Notes under the pieces: model-generated
Databases searched by the model: none
Seen by the model: only the letters and a program-made list of their open reading frames with translations
Told to the model about the DNA's origin: nothing
Part shown: positions 40,290 to 52,900 of the stretch, piece after piece
How positions within the stretch are numbered: the stretch's first letter is position 1
Layout: each line of letters starts with the position of its first letter
Made by a program: the position numbers and the translations under genes
NCBI RefSeq assembly: GCF_030028105.1
Contig: NW_027278555.1
Span: forward strand, 62,001-126,000
Length of the DNA stretch: 64,000 nucleotides
Reading direction: 5' to 3'
Source of the DNA: Mobula birostris
Lineage: Eukaryota

Positions 40290-41356
40290 GGCATGAAACC
40301 TATGGTGTTACAGGAAAGATACTGGCATGGAGAGAGGAATGGCTGACAGGCAGGAGGCAGTGGGAGGGAATAAGAAGGACCTTTCCTGGTTGGCTGCCAG
40401 CGACTAGTGGTGTTCCTCAGGGGTTAGTATTGGGACTGCTAATTTTCACATCGTTCGTCAATAATTTAGATAGTGGTATTGATGGCTTTGTGGCAAAGTT
40501 TGTAGATGATACGAAAATAAGTGGAGGGTAGGTAGTGCTGAGGAAGCAAAGCGATTGTAGCAGGACTTGGACGAATTAGAAGAATGGGCAAAAAAGTTGC
40601 AGCTGGAATGTACGATAATGAATTTTGGCAGAAGGAGCGATACTGTGGTCTATTATCTAAATGGGGAGAACATTTTTGAACTTGAGGTGCAAAGGGACTT
40701 TGGAGTCCACGTGCAAGATTCCCAGAAGGTTAATTCACAGGTTGAGTCTGTGGTAACGAAGGCAAATGAAATATTCGCACTTATTTCAAGGGGAATGGAA
40801 TATAAAAACGAGGAGATAATGCTAAAGCATTATAACACAACACTGGACAGACCACACTTGGAATATTGTTAACAATTTTGGGCCCCTTATCTCAGAAAGG
40901 ATGTGTTGTCATTGGAGAGAGTCCAGAGGAGGCTCATGAGGATGATTCTGGGAATGAAGGGGTTAACATACGAGGAGCATTTGGCAGCTTTGGGCCTGTA
41001 CTCACTGGAATTTTGAAGAATGCAGGGGGGTCTCATTGAAACCTACTGAATGTTGAAAGGACAAGGTGGATGTGGAGAGGATCCAGAACTAGAGGGCACA
41101 GCCTCAAAGTTGAGGGGTGACCCTTTAGAACAGAGGTGAGAGGGATTTTTTTAGCCTGAGTGGTGAATCTGTGGAATGCTCTGCCACAGACTGTGGTGGA
41201 GGCCAAGTCCAAAGTTGATAGATTCCTGATTGGTCGCAGCACGAAGAGATATAGTGAGGGGGAAGGTGTATGGATCTGGGATCAGCCATGACAGAATGAC
41301 AGAGTAGACTCGATGGGCTGAATGGCCTAATTCTGCTCCTATGTCTTATGGTCTTA
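40290..41356 (+). mobile_element. CR1 3' fragment
   Basis: ORF 40567-40872 (RPHLEYC) and tail tcttatggtctta. Confidence 0.85.
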
Positions 41357-42467
41357 ATCTAAATGGAGCAGGTGGTGGTGGGGGGGGGTGTGTGGAGTGG
41401 AACTAAATATGAAGGGAGACAAATTGCTGGAAGAGGCAGGGCACATGGAAGAATCGCTCATCGCGAGGCTATGTTGCAGCTGCGTAAAACTGTTAGATCA
41501 CACTTGGGAGCTCTGTGTTCAGTTCCGATCGCCTTATTCTAGGAGGCCTCTCGAAGCTTTAGAGAGGGAGCAGGTTGAGTGAGTGAGGGGCTTTCCTCTT
41601 TGGATCGGAGGATGAGAGGCAATTCAATAGGAGTGTATGAAATGAGAAGAGGCATTGATAGAAAGGACAGCCAGCACCATCTCTCCCCACCCCCTCCCCC
41701 AGGGCAATGACCAATCCCACCTCTCAAAGTCCATCGTGAGAGGCGGAAACGGGTAGGGCTGATGAAGCTGTATAGGCCAATCCCCTGTACTGTAATGTGC
41801 ATGCAATGGATTACAGGAACATTGATAAACTCTACGAAGGAGGTCATCAATGGCCTATACTCCCCTGGGAGCTAAGGGCCCAAGAATAATAGCCATTTCC
41901 AGAAGACATCCATTTATGGTGAGTGGAGGGAAGTTTAGAACAGCTTTTATTTTACAGAGTGGTGGACGTGTGGAACGCACTGCCGGGGCAGTAGTGGAGA
42001 CAGAAACTCTTCGGTTAAAAGCGGACTGTAGATCTACATGGGAGGGAAGGGTAGATTGATCAAGGAGCAGGTGAGATGCCAGCCGGTGGTGTAGTGCCAT
42101 CCACACCAGACTTCGAAGCCAGTGGTCCCCGTTCCGAATCCGGCCCGCTCCTCGCACGCTTTCCATCCGTGCTGGGTTGAGCGTCAAGCGAGCAACCCTA
42201 CCTTGTAATAAACAGGAAAAACGCTAAGGGAACAAAGCACGGAAAGGAGCAGGGAGAGCAGGTTAAAAGGTGGACACAACACCACGAGCCGAAGGTGCTG
42301 ACTGTGCTCTATCGCAGAGAGAGCAGCAGCCTTCGCGGAGGATGGGTTGCATTGTCTAGACTGGAGCTGACACAGGCTGGACCTCGGTGTATTACTGTCA
42401 TACGTACCAAATCACAATGAAAAGCTCATCTCTCACCAACTGTCAGCCCCGCACCCAGGTGACCCAC

Positions 42468-43086
42468 CTGTGCCCAGGGCGAGGAACTGCGTCCCGACAC
42501 CCAGCACGGAGCAGAGCAGGCTCTTGTGGGGCGGGAAGCGGAAGACGTCAGTGTGGATGATCTTCCACCCATTGTCGGCCTGCTCGAAGTCGTCGCGGGC
42601 AGATAGCCCGCCGCCGCCCTCCTCCTCCAGGTTGTAGCGGGCCAGGTCGTTGCGCAGCACGCGCATCAGGATGACCAGCACGAAGCCGGTGAGCAGGAAG
42701 ACCAGCACCATGGAGTTGATGATGGAGAGCCAGTGGATCTCCAGGGTGCGTGGGAAGAAACCGGAGTCCTGCAGCCGTTCGCCCCGCCGCTCGTAGGGCA
42801 AGCTGGTCTCGTGCCAGCGCACGCTGTAGGTGTGGGTGACGGTGGCCGGCGGCCGCAGCTCGTCCAGGCTCTGGGGCTTGACGTCCCTGACGCTGACATT
42901 GGCGTGGATGACCCGGTCACCATTGTACTCCACGTGGAAGTCCAGGTGGGTCCACAGCCCCACCTTGTGGGTGTGTGGCAGGAAGGTGCTCTCCTCCAGG
43001 TAGCCAACGAAGCCCCGGATCGGGATGTCGTCCAGCACAAACTCAAAGTAGTACAGCTCCTCCACCGCCTCCTTCAGCTCCTCGAT
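42468..43086 (-). CDS. TM9SF1: TM9SF1 coding exon 2
   Basis: cag|[20 protein letters not shown]...[11 protein letters not shown]...[13 protein letters not shown]...LALGT|gtgggt; 619 nt. Confidence 0.96.
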
Positions 43087-44778
43087 CTGGGGAGGTAGAG
43101 GCAAGGAGAGGGTCAGGACAGGCAGAGGGAGAAGATCAGAAAACCCAGAATGGTGTCCCCCAACTCTTCCAACTGGTGGGGAAACCTGTACGCCTCCATC
43201 TGGAGTGGGAGAGGGAGGGAGAGGGATGTGTGACAGGGGCGAGGAGGGAAGCGGAAAGGGGGAGGTGGGGTTGCCACTGAAATACGGGTCAAGGCACAGA
43301 ACCGCAAATGGTGCACCCCAACTTTTCAATTTAGGAGGTGGGGGGGTTAGAGAGGTGGCGGTGGTCAGGACTAGCAGTGGAAGCAGGTAAGTAACCCTGT
43401 ATATCCACCTCGACTCCATGTTTCCCCAAAGTGGAGGAAGTCTAGGACCAGAAGGACATCTCTTTAGAACAAAGATGGGGAGGACTTTCTTTCGCCAGAG
43501 GGTGTGAATCTGTGGAATTCATCGCGACAGCTGGCTGTGGAGGCCAAGTCGCTGGGTATATTTAAAGCAGAAGTTGACAGGTTCTTGGTTAGGAGAGTGC
43601 CAAACGTTCCAGGAAGAAGGCAGGAGAATAAGGTTGAGAGGGATGATGGAACGGTCAGCAGTCGATTGGCTGACTGGGCTAACTCTGCTCAGCAATATGT
43701 CTTATTGAATCCTCTTTTCGGGGCAGGGAAAGAGAGGGAGACAAATCTCAAATCCTGCATGGGATGAGAGGGCTGATCAGACAGCCATGCACAGTTACAC
43801 CCCCGCGCCCCCGCCCCCCCCCCCCCCCCCAGCAGACAGCTCAAATACTCGGGAAAGACGCAGACAACACCGATGAACCATATACAAACACGTTTGCACA
43901 AACAATGCAAACGGTTCATGAAACGTGTACCACATTTGGAGTATTGAGGTAATCTCATGACGGGAAAGGATTTGGAGACGGTGTAGAAGGGGATCACCAG
44001 GATACTGAGTGATTGAGAGAGGTTGACTACGAGGAGAAATTGGACAAATTTGGGTTGCTTTTTCTGGAAAAAGCTCAGGGATTCAACCACCTCCCCCGCT
44101 CCCCAGAGCACAAATGCCAATACTAGATTTGAAAAGTTGAGCGAGCTTGGGCTTTTCTCTTTGGGGTGGTGGAGGGTGACAGGCAGCTTGATATGGATAT
44201 ACAAGAGACACAGAGAGCCCCCAGGGCAACGGTGGCCAATACCAGAGGACATCATTTGAAGATGACTTGAGGAACGTTTAGGCGAGATGTCAGATGTAGG
44301 TTTTTATTATACAGAGAGTGATGGGTGCCTGAAGCACACTGCGAGGGAAGGTTGTAGGTGTTGATACAGTCGGGACATTTAAGAGACTCACAGATGGGTA
44401 CATGGATGAAAGGACAATGGAGGGTTATGGGCAGTGTTGAAGGGAAGCGTTAGATTGATCATGGAGTAATTGGAAGGTTGGTACAACATCATGGGCCAAA
44501 GGGCCTGTACTGTCAGTCTCCAAGATGAGAGTGGAAATGTTTACAGATTTTTCTTTCCCTTGTACACCAGCATCAGAGGTGCCTGGAACACACTGCCAGA
44601 GATGGTGGTGGAAGCAAATACAAGAGGTGACAGGTGAGATGTGAACAAGGAGGGAATGGAGGAGAATGGTCCACTTCAAATCGGCATCACAGGTGGCACA
44701 GACAGAGGGCCAAGTCCGTGCTGTTCTGTCTGATGTAGACTGGTGAAACAACTGTGCCTGCAAGGAGCTTGTACATTT

Positions 44779-45096
44779 GCCCCACGACCCCGTGGGTTTC
44801 CCCCTCACAGCTGGGCAGTGCCCCACGACCCCATGGGTTTCCCCCTCACACCTGGGCAGTGCCCCACGACCCCGTGGATTTGCTCTCAGAGCTGGGCAGT
44901 GCCCCACAACCCCGTGGGTTTCCCCCTCACACCTGGGCAGTGCTCCACGACCCCGTGGGTTTCCCCCTCACACCTGGGCAGTGCCCCACAACCCCGTGGG
45001 TTTCCCCCTCACACCTGGGCAGTGCCCCACAACCCCGTGGGTTTGCTTCCACAGCTGGGCAGTGCCCCACGACCCCGTGGGTTTGCTCCCACAGCT
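44779..45096. repeat. Minisatellite, 41-bp unit, ~8 copies, derived from a V-SINE-like core
   Basis: gccccacgaccccgtgggtttccccctcacagctgggcagt at 44779, 44820, 44861 and onward. Confidence 0.93.
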
Positions 45097-46788
45097 AGAC
45101 AGCTCGAAAGGCCAATTCCGTGCTGTGTCTCAATAAATAACCTCCCTCCCAACACCCAACTCTGAAAATCTGCATAATTTCCTTTAGATTTTCACATGTA
45201 ATTATTTTTTTACTCTTAATTCTGCCACCTGCTAACAATGAGCTGAGGGAGGTTACACAGATCCTGCCCGACAGCATTACATGTCCGATCTCCCAAGCAG
45301 GAGAACGGGCCTAAAGCAGGCTTTCATTCCGAACCGCGGGCACACAGAAGGACCTCACTCAGCTCTCATCCTGCCCACGATAGCCACGTGGAAACTAGGC
45401 TACAAATGGCACTTGTCTGAGTGAAGACACGAGACCGGCGCCCCCTACTGTTTGCCAGCCAAGGCCGAGGACACGCAGACAGATGGTGTTCCTCTGACCC
45501 ACAATGTGGAATTTGTTTCTCTTCCCATAGATGTTAGCCAACCTGAGTGGTTCAAACATTTGATATCACTAACTGTTGTCCCACAGAGACCCACACACTT
45601 CCCTCCAGAGACCCCATCCGCTTAGCAGATATGCAGCCCTCCCCACAAGAGCAGCCCTGGCCCCTCTCTACAGCTACTAGGTCCACTTCACCCCGACACC
45701 AGCCACTCCCAGAATCATCGGCTCCGACCAGCACAACATCCCACTTCCTCAGCCTCACAGCCGAATATGCGCGTCCTCCACACCCAGCCATCCCCTACCA
45801 TCCTCAGAGCCCACCTCACTGCACTCTCTCACCATACCCCTCTCACACACACAACAGCTCCAGTCACTGCCAACACTCCCCCCACACCCCCGAACCTCCA
45901 ACCCAACCACAATCCCCTGGCCCCCGCCGCAGGCTTATGACAACACTCAGCTCAGACCCCACGTGCCTCCCACCTCCAGCTGAAACCCGCTCCACTCAAA
46001 CACAAGCCCCGTCTCAACTACTGTCCGCTCCCACTACCATGGCCTTTAATTGGCAGTTGGCAGAGCAGTTGAAAAGGTGCTTTACTTCCCCCTATTGAAC
46101 TGGAGTCTGAGGAGGATTCAGGAGGGTGATCCTAACACCCACCACCACCAGCCCAAGAAGATATAACACCAATAACAAAACCATAAGATACAGGAGCAGA
46201 ATTAGGCCATTTGGCCCATCGAGTCTGTTCCGCCATTTCATCACAGCTGATCCAATTTTCCTCTCAGCCCCAATCTCTTGCCTTCTTCCTGTATCCCTTC
46301 GTGCCCTGACTAACCAAGAGTCTACCAGCCTCTGCCTTAAATATACCCAATGACTCGGCCTTCCCAGCCTCATTATTTATTGAGATAAGGCATGGAATAG
46401 GTGCTTCCAGCCACTCTGCCCAGCAATTCCCCATTTAACCCTAGCCTAGTCACAGAGTAATTTACAATGACCCACTAACTGGTACGTGGGAGAAAACCAG
46501 AGCACCCGGAGGAAACCCACAGGGTCAAGAGGAAAATGTACAAACTCCTTACAGACAGCAGCGGGAACTGAACTGTAAAGCGTTGTGCTGACAGCTACCC
46601 TTACATGCCAAATATATAAGCATCCAATTATTGACAATTTATTGACTGAAACGGTCTTGATCAAGTTTGAAGAATCTGAATACTCAGTTATACTTCCTGA
46701 GCAGATCCCACCAAACTATCCAAAGTAACAATATTGCTCCCAGGGTCCGCTCTCTCTCCCATTCATGTGCCCGACATTGCAGTAACAC

Positions 46789-46897
46789 TGAGACCATCTC
46801 TGGACGATGACAGTACCTACATTCCGCCTGAAGTATCCATTCGGTAAGGATACTTTAGGGGTAATGCAGGTACTGTCATCGTCCGGAGACGGTCTCA
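46789..46897. repeat. Inverted repeat with 50-bp arms and a 9-nt loop, made of diverged satellite monomers
   Basis: 46789-46838 versus the reverse complement of 46848-46897: 44 of 50 identical. Confidence 0.88.
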
Positions 46898-46933
46898 CGC
46901 CTTAAACCCACTTGGTAACACTGGGTAAAGACT

Positions 46934-49900
46934 TTACTGAGTGGATTTAAGATGTCAGACCGTCTCTGTACGATGACACTATTCACATTTTGCCTGAAGT
47001 ACATCCACTAGGTGAATTTCAGACATGAGACCGTTTATAGACGGTAACGCCACCCACATCCCCCGCAGTACCTTTACCGAGCGGGTGTGAGACGCGATCC
47101 TGTCTCTGGATGGTAACGCCACCCACACCCCCCCTGAAGAACATTTCCCGAGTGGATTTGACACGCGATCCTGTCTCTGGACGGTAACACTCCCCACACC
47201 CCAGCGGTACCTTTCCCGAGTGGATTTGACACGCGATCCTGTCTCTGGACGGTAACACTCCCCACACCCCCCGTGAAGAACCTTTCCCGAGTGGATTTAA
47301 CACGCAATCCTGTGTCTGGACGATAACACCACCCACACCCCCGCGGTACCTTTCCCGAGTGGATTTGACATGCGATCCTGTGTCTGGACGGTAACGCCAC
47401 CCACACCCCCGCGGTACGTTTCCCGAGTGGATTTGACACGCGATCCTGTGTCTGGACGGTAACGCCACCCACACCCCCGCAGTACCTTTCCCGAGTGGAT
47501 TTGACACGCGATCCTGTGTCTGGACGGTAACGCCACCCACACCCCCGCGGTACCTTTCCCGAGTGGATTTGACACGCGATCCTGTGTCTGGACGGTAACA
47601 CTCCCCACACCTCCGCGGTACCTTTCCCGAGTGGATTTGACACGCGATCCTGTGTCTGGACAGTAACGCCACCCACACCCCCGTGAAGAACCTTTCCCGA
47701 GTGGATTTGACACGCGATCCTGTGTCTGGACGGTAACGCCACCCACACCCCCGCGGTACCTTTCCCGAGTGGATTTGACACGCGATCCTGTGTCTGGACG
47801 GTAACGCCACCCACATCCCCCATGAAGAACCTTTCCCGAGTGGATTTGACACGCGATCCTGTGTCTGGACGGTAACGCCACCCACATCCCCGCGGTACCT
47901 TTCCCGAGTGGATTTGACACGCGATCCTGTGTCTGGACGGTAACGCCACCCACACCCCCGCGGTACCTTTCCCGAGTGGATTTGACACGCGATCCTGTGT
48001 CTGGACGGTAACGCCACCCACACCACCGCGGTACCTTTCCCGAGTGGATTTGACACGCGATCCTGTCTCTGGACGGTAACACTCCCCACACCCCCGTGAA
48101 GAACCTTTCCCGAGTGGATTTGACACGCGATCCTGTGTCTGGACGGTAACACTGCCCACACCCCCGCGGTACCTTTCCCGAGTGGATTTGACACGCGATC
48201 CTGTGTCTGGACGGTAACACTCCCCACACCCCCGCGGTACCTTTCCCGAGTGGATTTGACACGCGATCCTGTGTCTGGACGGTAACGCCACCCACACCCC
48301 CGCGGTACCTTTCCCGAGTGGATTTGACACGCCATCCTGTCTCTGGACGGTAACACTCCCCACACCCCCGTGAAGAACCTTTCCCGAGTGGATTTGACAC
48401 GCGATCCTGTGTCTGGACAGTAACACTCCCCACACCCCCGCGGTACCTTTCCCGAGTGGATTTGACACGCGATCCTGTGTCTGGACGGTAACACTCCCCA
48501 CACCCCCGCGGTACCTTTCCCGAGTGGATTTGACACGCGATCCTGTGTCTGGACGGTAACGCCACCCACACCCCCGCGGTACCTTTCCCGAGTGGATTTG
48601 ACACGCCATCCTGTGACTGGACGGTAACACTCCCCACACCCCTGCGGTACCTTTCCCGAGTGGATTTGACACGCGATCCTGTGTCTGGACGGTAACACTC
48701 CCCACACCCCCGTGAAGAACCTTTCCCGAGTGGATTTGACACGCGATCCTGTCTCTGGACCGTAACGCCACCCACACCCCCGCGGTACCTTTCCCGAGTG
48801 GATTTGACACGCGATCCTGTGTCTGGACGGTAACACTCCCCACACCCCCGTGGTACCTTTCCCGAGTGGATTTGACACGCGATCCTGTGTCTGGACGGTA
48901 ACGCCACCCACACCCCCGCGGTACCTTTCCCGAGTGGATTTGACACGCGATCCTGTGTCTGGACGGTAACACTCCCCACACCCCTGCGGTACCTTTCCCG
49001 AGTGGATTTGACACGCGATCCTGTGTCTGGACGGTAACACTCCCCACACCCCCGTGAAGAAACTTTCCCGAGTGGATTTGACACGCCATCCTGTCTCTGG
49101 ACGGTAACGCCACCCACACCCCCGCGGTACCTTTCCTGAGTGGATTTGACACGCGATCCTGTCTCTGGACAGTAACGCCACCCACAGCCCCCGTGAAGAA
49201 CCTTTCCCGAGTGGATTTGACACGCGATCCTGTCTCTGGACCGTAACGCCACCCACACCCCCGCGGTACCTTTCCCGAGTGGATTTGACACGCGATCCTG
49301 TCTCTGGACGGTAACGCCACCCACACCCCCGCGGTACCTTTCCCGAGTTGATTTGACACGCGATCCTGTGTCTGGACGGTAACACTCTCCACACCCCCGC
49401 GGTACCTTTCCCGAGTGGATTTGACACGCGATCCTGTGTCTGGACGGTAACGCCACCCACACCCCCGCGGTACCTTTCCCGAGTGGATTTGACACGCGAT
49501 CCTGTCTCTGGACGGTAACGCCAACCAGACCCCCGCGGTACCTTTCCCGAGTGGATTTGACACGCGATCCTGTCTCTGGACGGTAACACTCCCCACACCC
49601 CCGTGAAGAAACTTTCCCGAGTGGATTTGACACGCGATCCTGTCTCTGGACGGTAACGCCACCCACACCCCCGCGGTACCTTTCCTGAGTGGATTTGACA
49701 CGCGATCCTGTCTCTGGACAGTAACGCCACCCACAGCCCCCGTGAAGAACCTTTCCCGAGTGGATTTGACACGCGATCCTGTCTCTGGACCGTAACGCCA
49801 CCCACACCCCCGCGGTACCTTTCCCGAGTGGATTTGACACGCGATCCTGTCTCTGGACGGTAACGCCACCCACACCCCCGCGGTACCTTTCCCGAGTAGA

Positions 49901-52900
49901 TTTGACACGCGATCCTGTGTCTGGACGGTAACACTCTCCACACCCCCGCGGTACCTTTCCCGAGTGGATTTGACACGCGATCCTGTGTCTGGACGGTAAC
50001 GCCACCCACACCCCCGCGGTACCTTTCCCGAGTGGATTTGACACGCGATCCTGTCTCTGGACGGTAACGCCAACCAGACCCCCGCGGTACCTTTCCCGAG
50101 TGGATTTGACACGCGATCCTGTCTCTGGACGGTAACACTCCCCACACCCCCGCGGTACCTTTCCCGAGTGGATTTGACACGCGATCCTGTGTCTGGATGG
50201 TAACACTCCCCACACCCCCGTGAAAAACCTTTCCCGAGTGGATTTGACACGCGATCCTGTGTCTGGACGGTAACACTCCCCACAACCCCCGCGGTACCTT
50301 TCCCGAGTGGATTTGACACGCGATCCTGTGTCTGGACGGTAACGCCACCCACACCCCCGCGGTACCTTTCCCGAGTGGGTTTGACATGCGATCCTGTGTC
50401 TGGACGGTAACACTCCCCACACCCCCGCGGTACCTTTCCCGAGTGGATTTGACACGCGATCCTGTCTCTGGACGGTAACGCCACCCACACCCCCGCGGTA
50501 CCTTTCCCGAGTGGATTTGACACGCGATCCTGTGTCTGTACAGTAACGCCACCCACACCCCCGCGGTACCTTTCCCGAGAGGATTTGACACGCGATCCGG
50601 TGTCTGGACAGTAACGCCACCCACACCCCCGCGGTACCTTTCCCGAGTGGATTTGACACGCGATCCTGTGTCTGGACGGTAACGCCACCCACACCCCCGC
50701 GGTATCTTTCCCGAGTGGATTTGACACGCGATCTTGTGTCTGGACGGTAACACTCCCCACACCCCCGCGGTATCTTTCCCGAGTGGATTTGACACGCGAT
50801 CTTGTGTCTGGACGGTAACACTCCCCACACCCCCGCGGTATCTTTCCCGAGTGGATTTGACACGCGATCTTGTGTCTGGACGGTAACGCTCCCCACACCC
50901 CCGCGGTATCTTTCCCGAGTGGATTTGACACGCGATCTTGTGTCTGGACGGTAACGCTCCCCACACCCCTGCGGTACCTTTCCCGAGTGGATTTGACACG
51001 CGATCCTGTGTCTGGACGGTAACGCCACCCACACCCCCGCGGTACCTTTCCCGAGTGGATTTGACACGCCATCCTGTGTCTGGACGGTAACGCCACCCAC
51101 ACCCCCGCGGTACCTTTCCCGAGTGGATTTGACACGCGATCCTGTGTCTGGACGGTAACACTCCTCACACCCCCGTGAAGAACCTTTCCCGAGTGGATTT
51201 GACACGCGATCCTGTGTCTGGACGGTAATGCCACCCACACCCCCGCGGTACCTTTCCCGAGTGGATTTGACACGCGATCCTGTGTCTGGACGGTAACACT
51301 CCCCACACCTCCGCGGTACCTTTCCCGAGTGGATTTGACACGCGATCCTGTGTCTGGACAGTAACGCCACCCACAGCCCCATGGTACCTTTCCCGAGTGG
51401 ATTTGACACACGATCCTGTCTCTGGACGGTAACGCCACCCACACCCCCGCGTTACCTTTCCCGAGTGGATTTGACACGCGATCCTGTGTCTGGACGGTAA
51501 CGCCACCCACAGCCCCGTGGTACCTTTCCCGAGTGGATTTGACACGCGATCCTGTGTCTGGACGGTAACACTCCCCACACCTCCGCGGTACCTTTCCCGA
51601 GTGGATTTGACACGCGATCCTGTGTCTGGACAGTAACGCCACCCACACCCCCGCGGTACCTTTCCCGAGTGGATTTGACACGCCATCCAGTCTCTGGACG
51701 GTAACGCCACCCACACCCCCGCGGTACCTTTCCCGAGTGGATTTGACACGCGATCCTGTCTCTGGACGGTAACGCCACCCACACCCCCGCGGTACCTTTC
51801 CCGAGTGGATTTGACACGCGATCCTGTGTCTGGATGGTAACACTCCCCACACCCCCGTGAAAAACCTTTCCCGAGTGGATTTGACACGCGATCCTGTGTC
51901 TGGACGGTAACACTCCCCACAACCCCCGCGGTACCTTTCCCGAGTGGATTTGACACGCGATCCTGTGTCTGGACGGTAACGCCACCCACACCCCCGCGGT
52001 ACCTTTCCCGAGTGGATTTGACACGCGATCCTGTGTCTGGACGGTAACACTCCCCACACCCCCGTGAAGAACCTTTCCCGAGTGGATTTGACACGCGATC
52101 CTGTGTCTGGACGGTAACACTCTCCACACCCCTGCGGTACCTTTCCCGAGTGGATTTGACACGCGATCCTGTGTCTGGACGGTAACGCCACCCACATCCC
52201 CGCGGTACCTTTCCCGAGTGGATTTGACACGCGATCCTGTGTCTGGACGGTAACGCCACCCACAGCCCCGTGGTACCTTTCCCGAGTGGATTTGACACGC
52301 GATCCTGTGTCTGGACGGTAACACTCCCCACACCCCCGCGGTACCTTTCCCGAGTGGGTTTGACATGCGATCCTGTGTCTGGACGGTAACACTCCCCACA
52401 CCCCCGCGGTACCTTTCCCGAGTGGATTTGACACGCGATCCTGTGTCTGGACGGTAACACTCCCCACACCCCCGCGGTACCTTTCCCGAGTGGATTTGAC
52501 ACGCGATCCTGTCTCTGGACGGTAACACTCCCCACACCCCCGCGGTACCTTTCCCGAGTGGATTTGACACGCGATCCTGTGTCTGGACGGTAACGCCACC
52601 CACACCCCCGCGGTACCTTTCCCGAGTGGATTTGACACGCGATCCTGTGTCTGGACGGTAACGCTCCCCACACCTCCGCGGTACCTTTCCCGAGTGGATT
52701 TGACACGCGATCCTGTGTCTGGACGGTAACGCCACCCACAGCCCCGTGGTACCTTTCCCGAGTGGATTTGACACACGATCCTGTCTCTGGACGGTAACGC
52801 CACCCACACCCCCGCGTTACCTTTCCCGAGTGGATTTGACACGCCATCCTGTCTCGCCCCACACCCCCGCGGTAGCAGCCCGGGTGGATTTGACACGCCA

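Noticed and set aside
41715-41890. CTGATGA motif with a 10-bp inverted repeat as a hammerhead or snoRNA
   Set aside because: The required stems cannot be formed; the end reads VINGLYSPGS* plus a short tail, more like an RTE-type LINE 3' fragment
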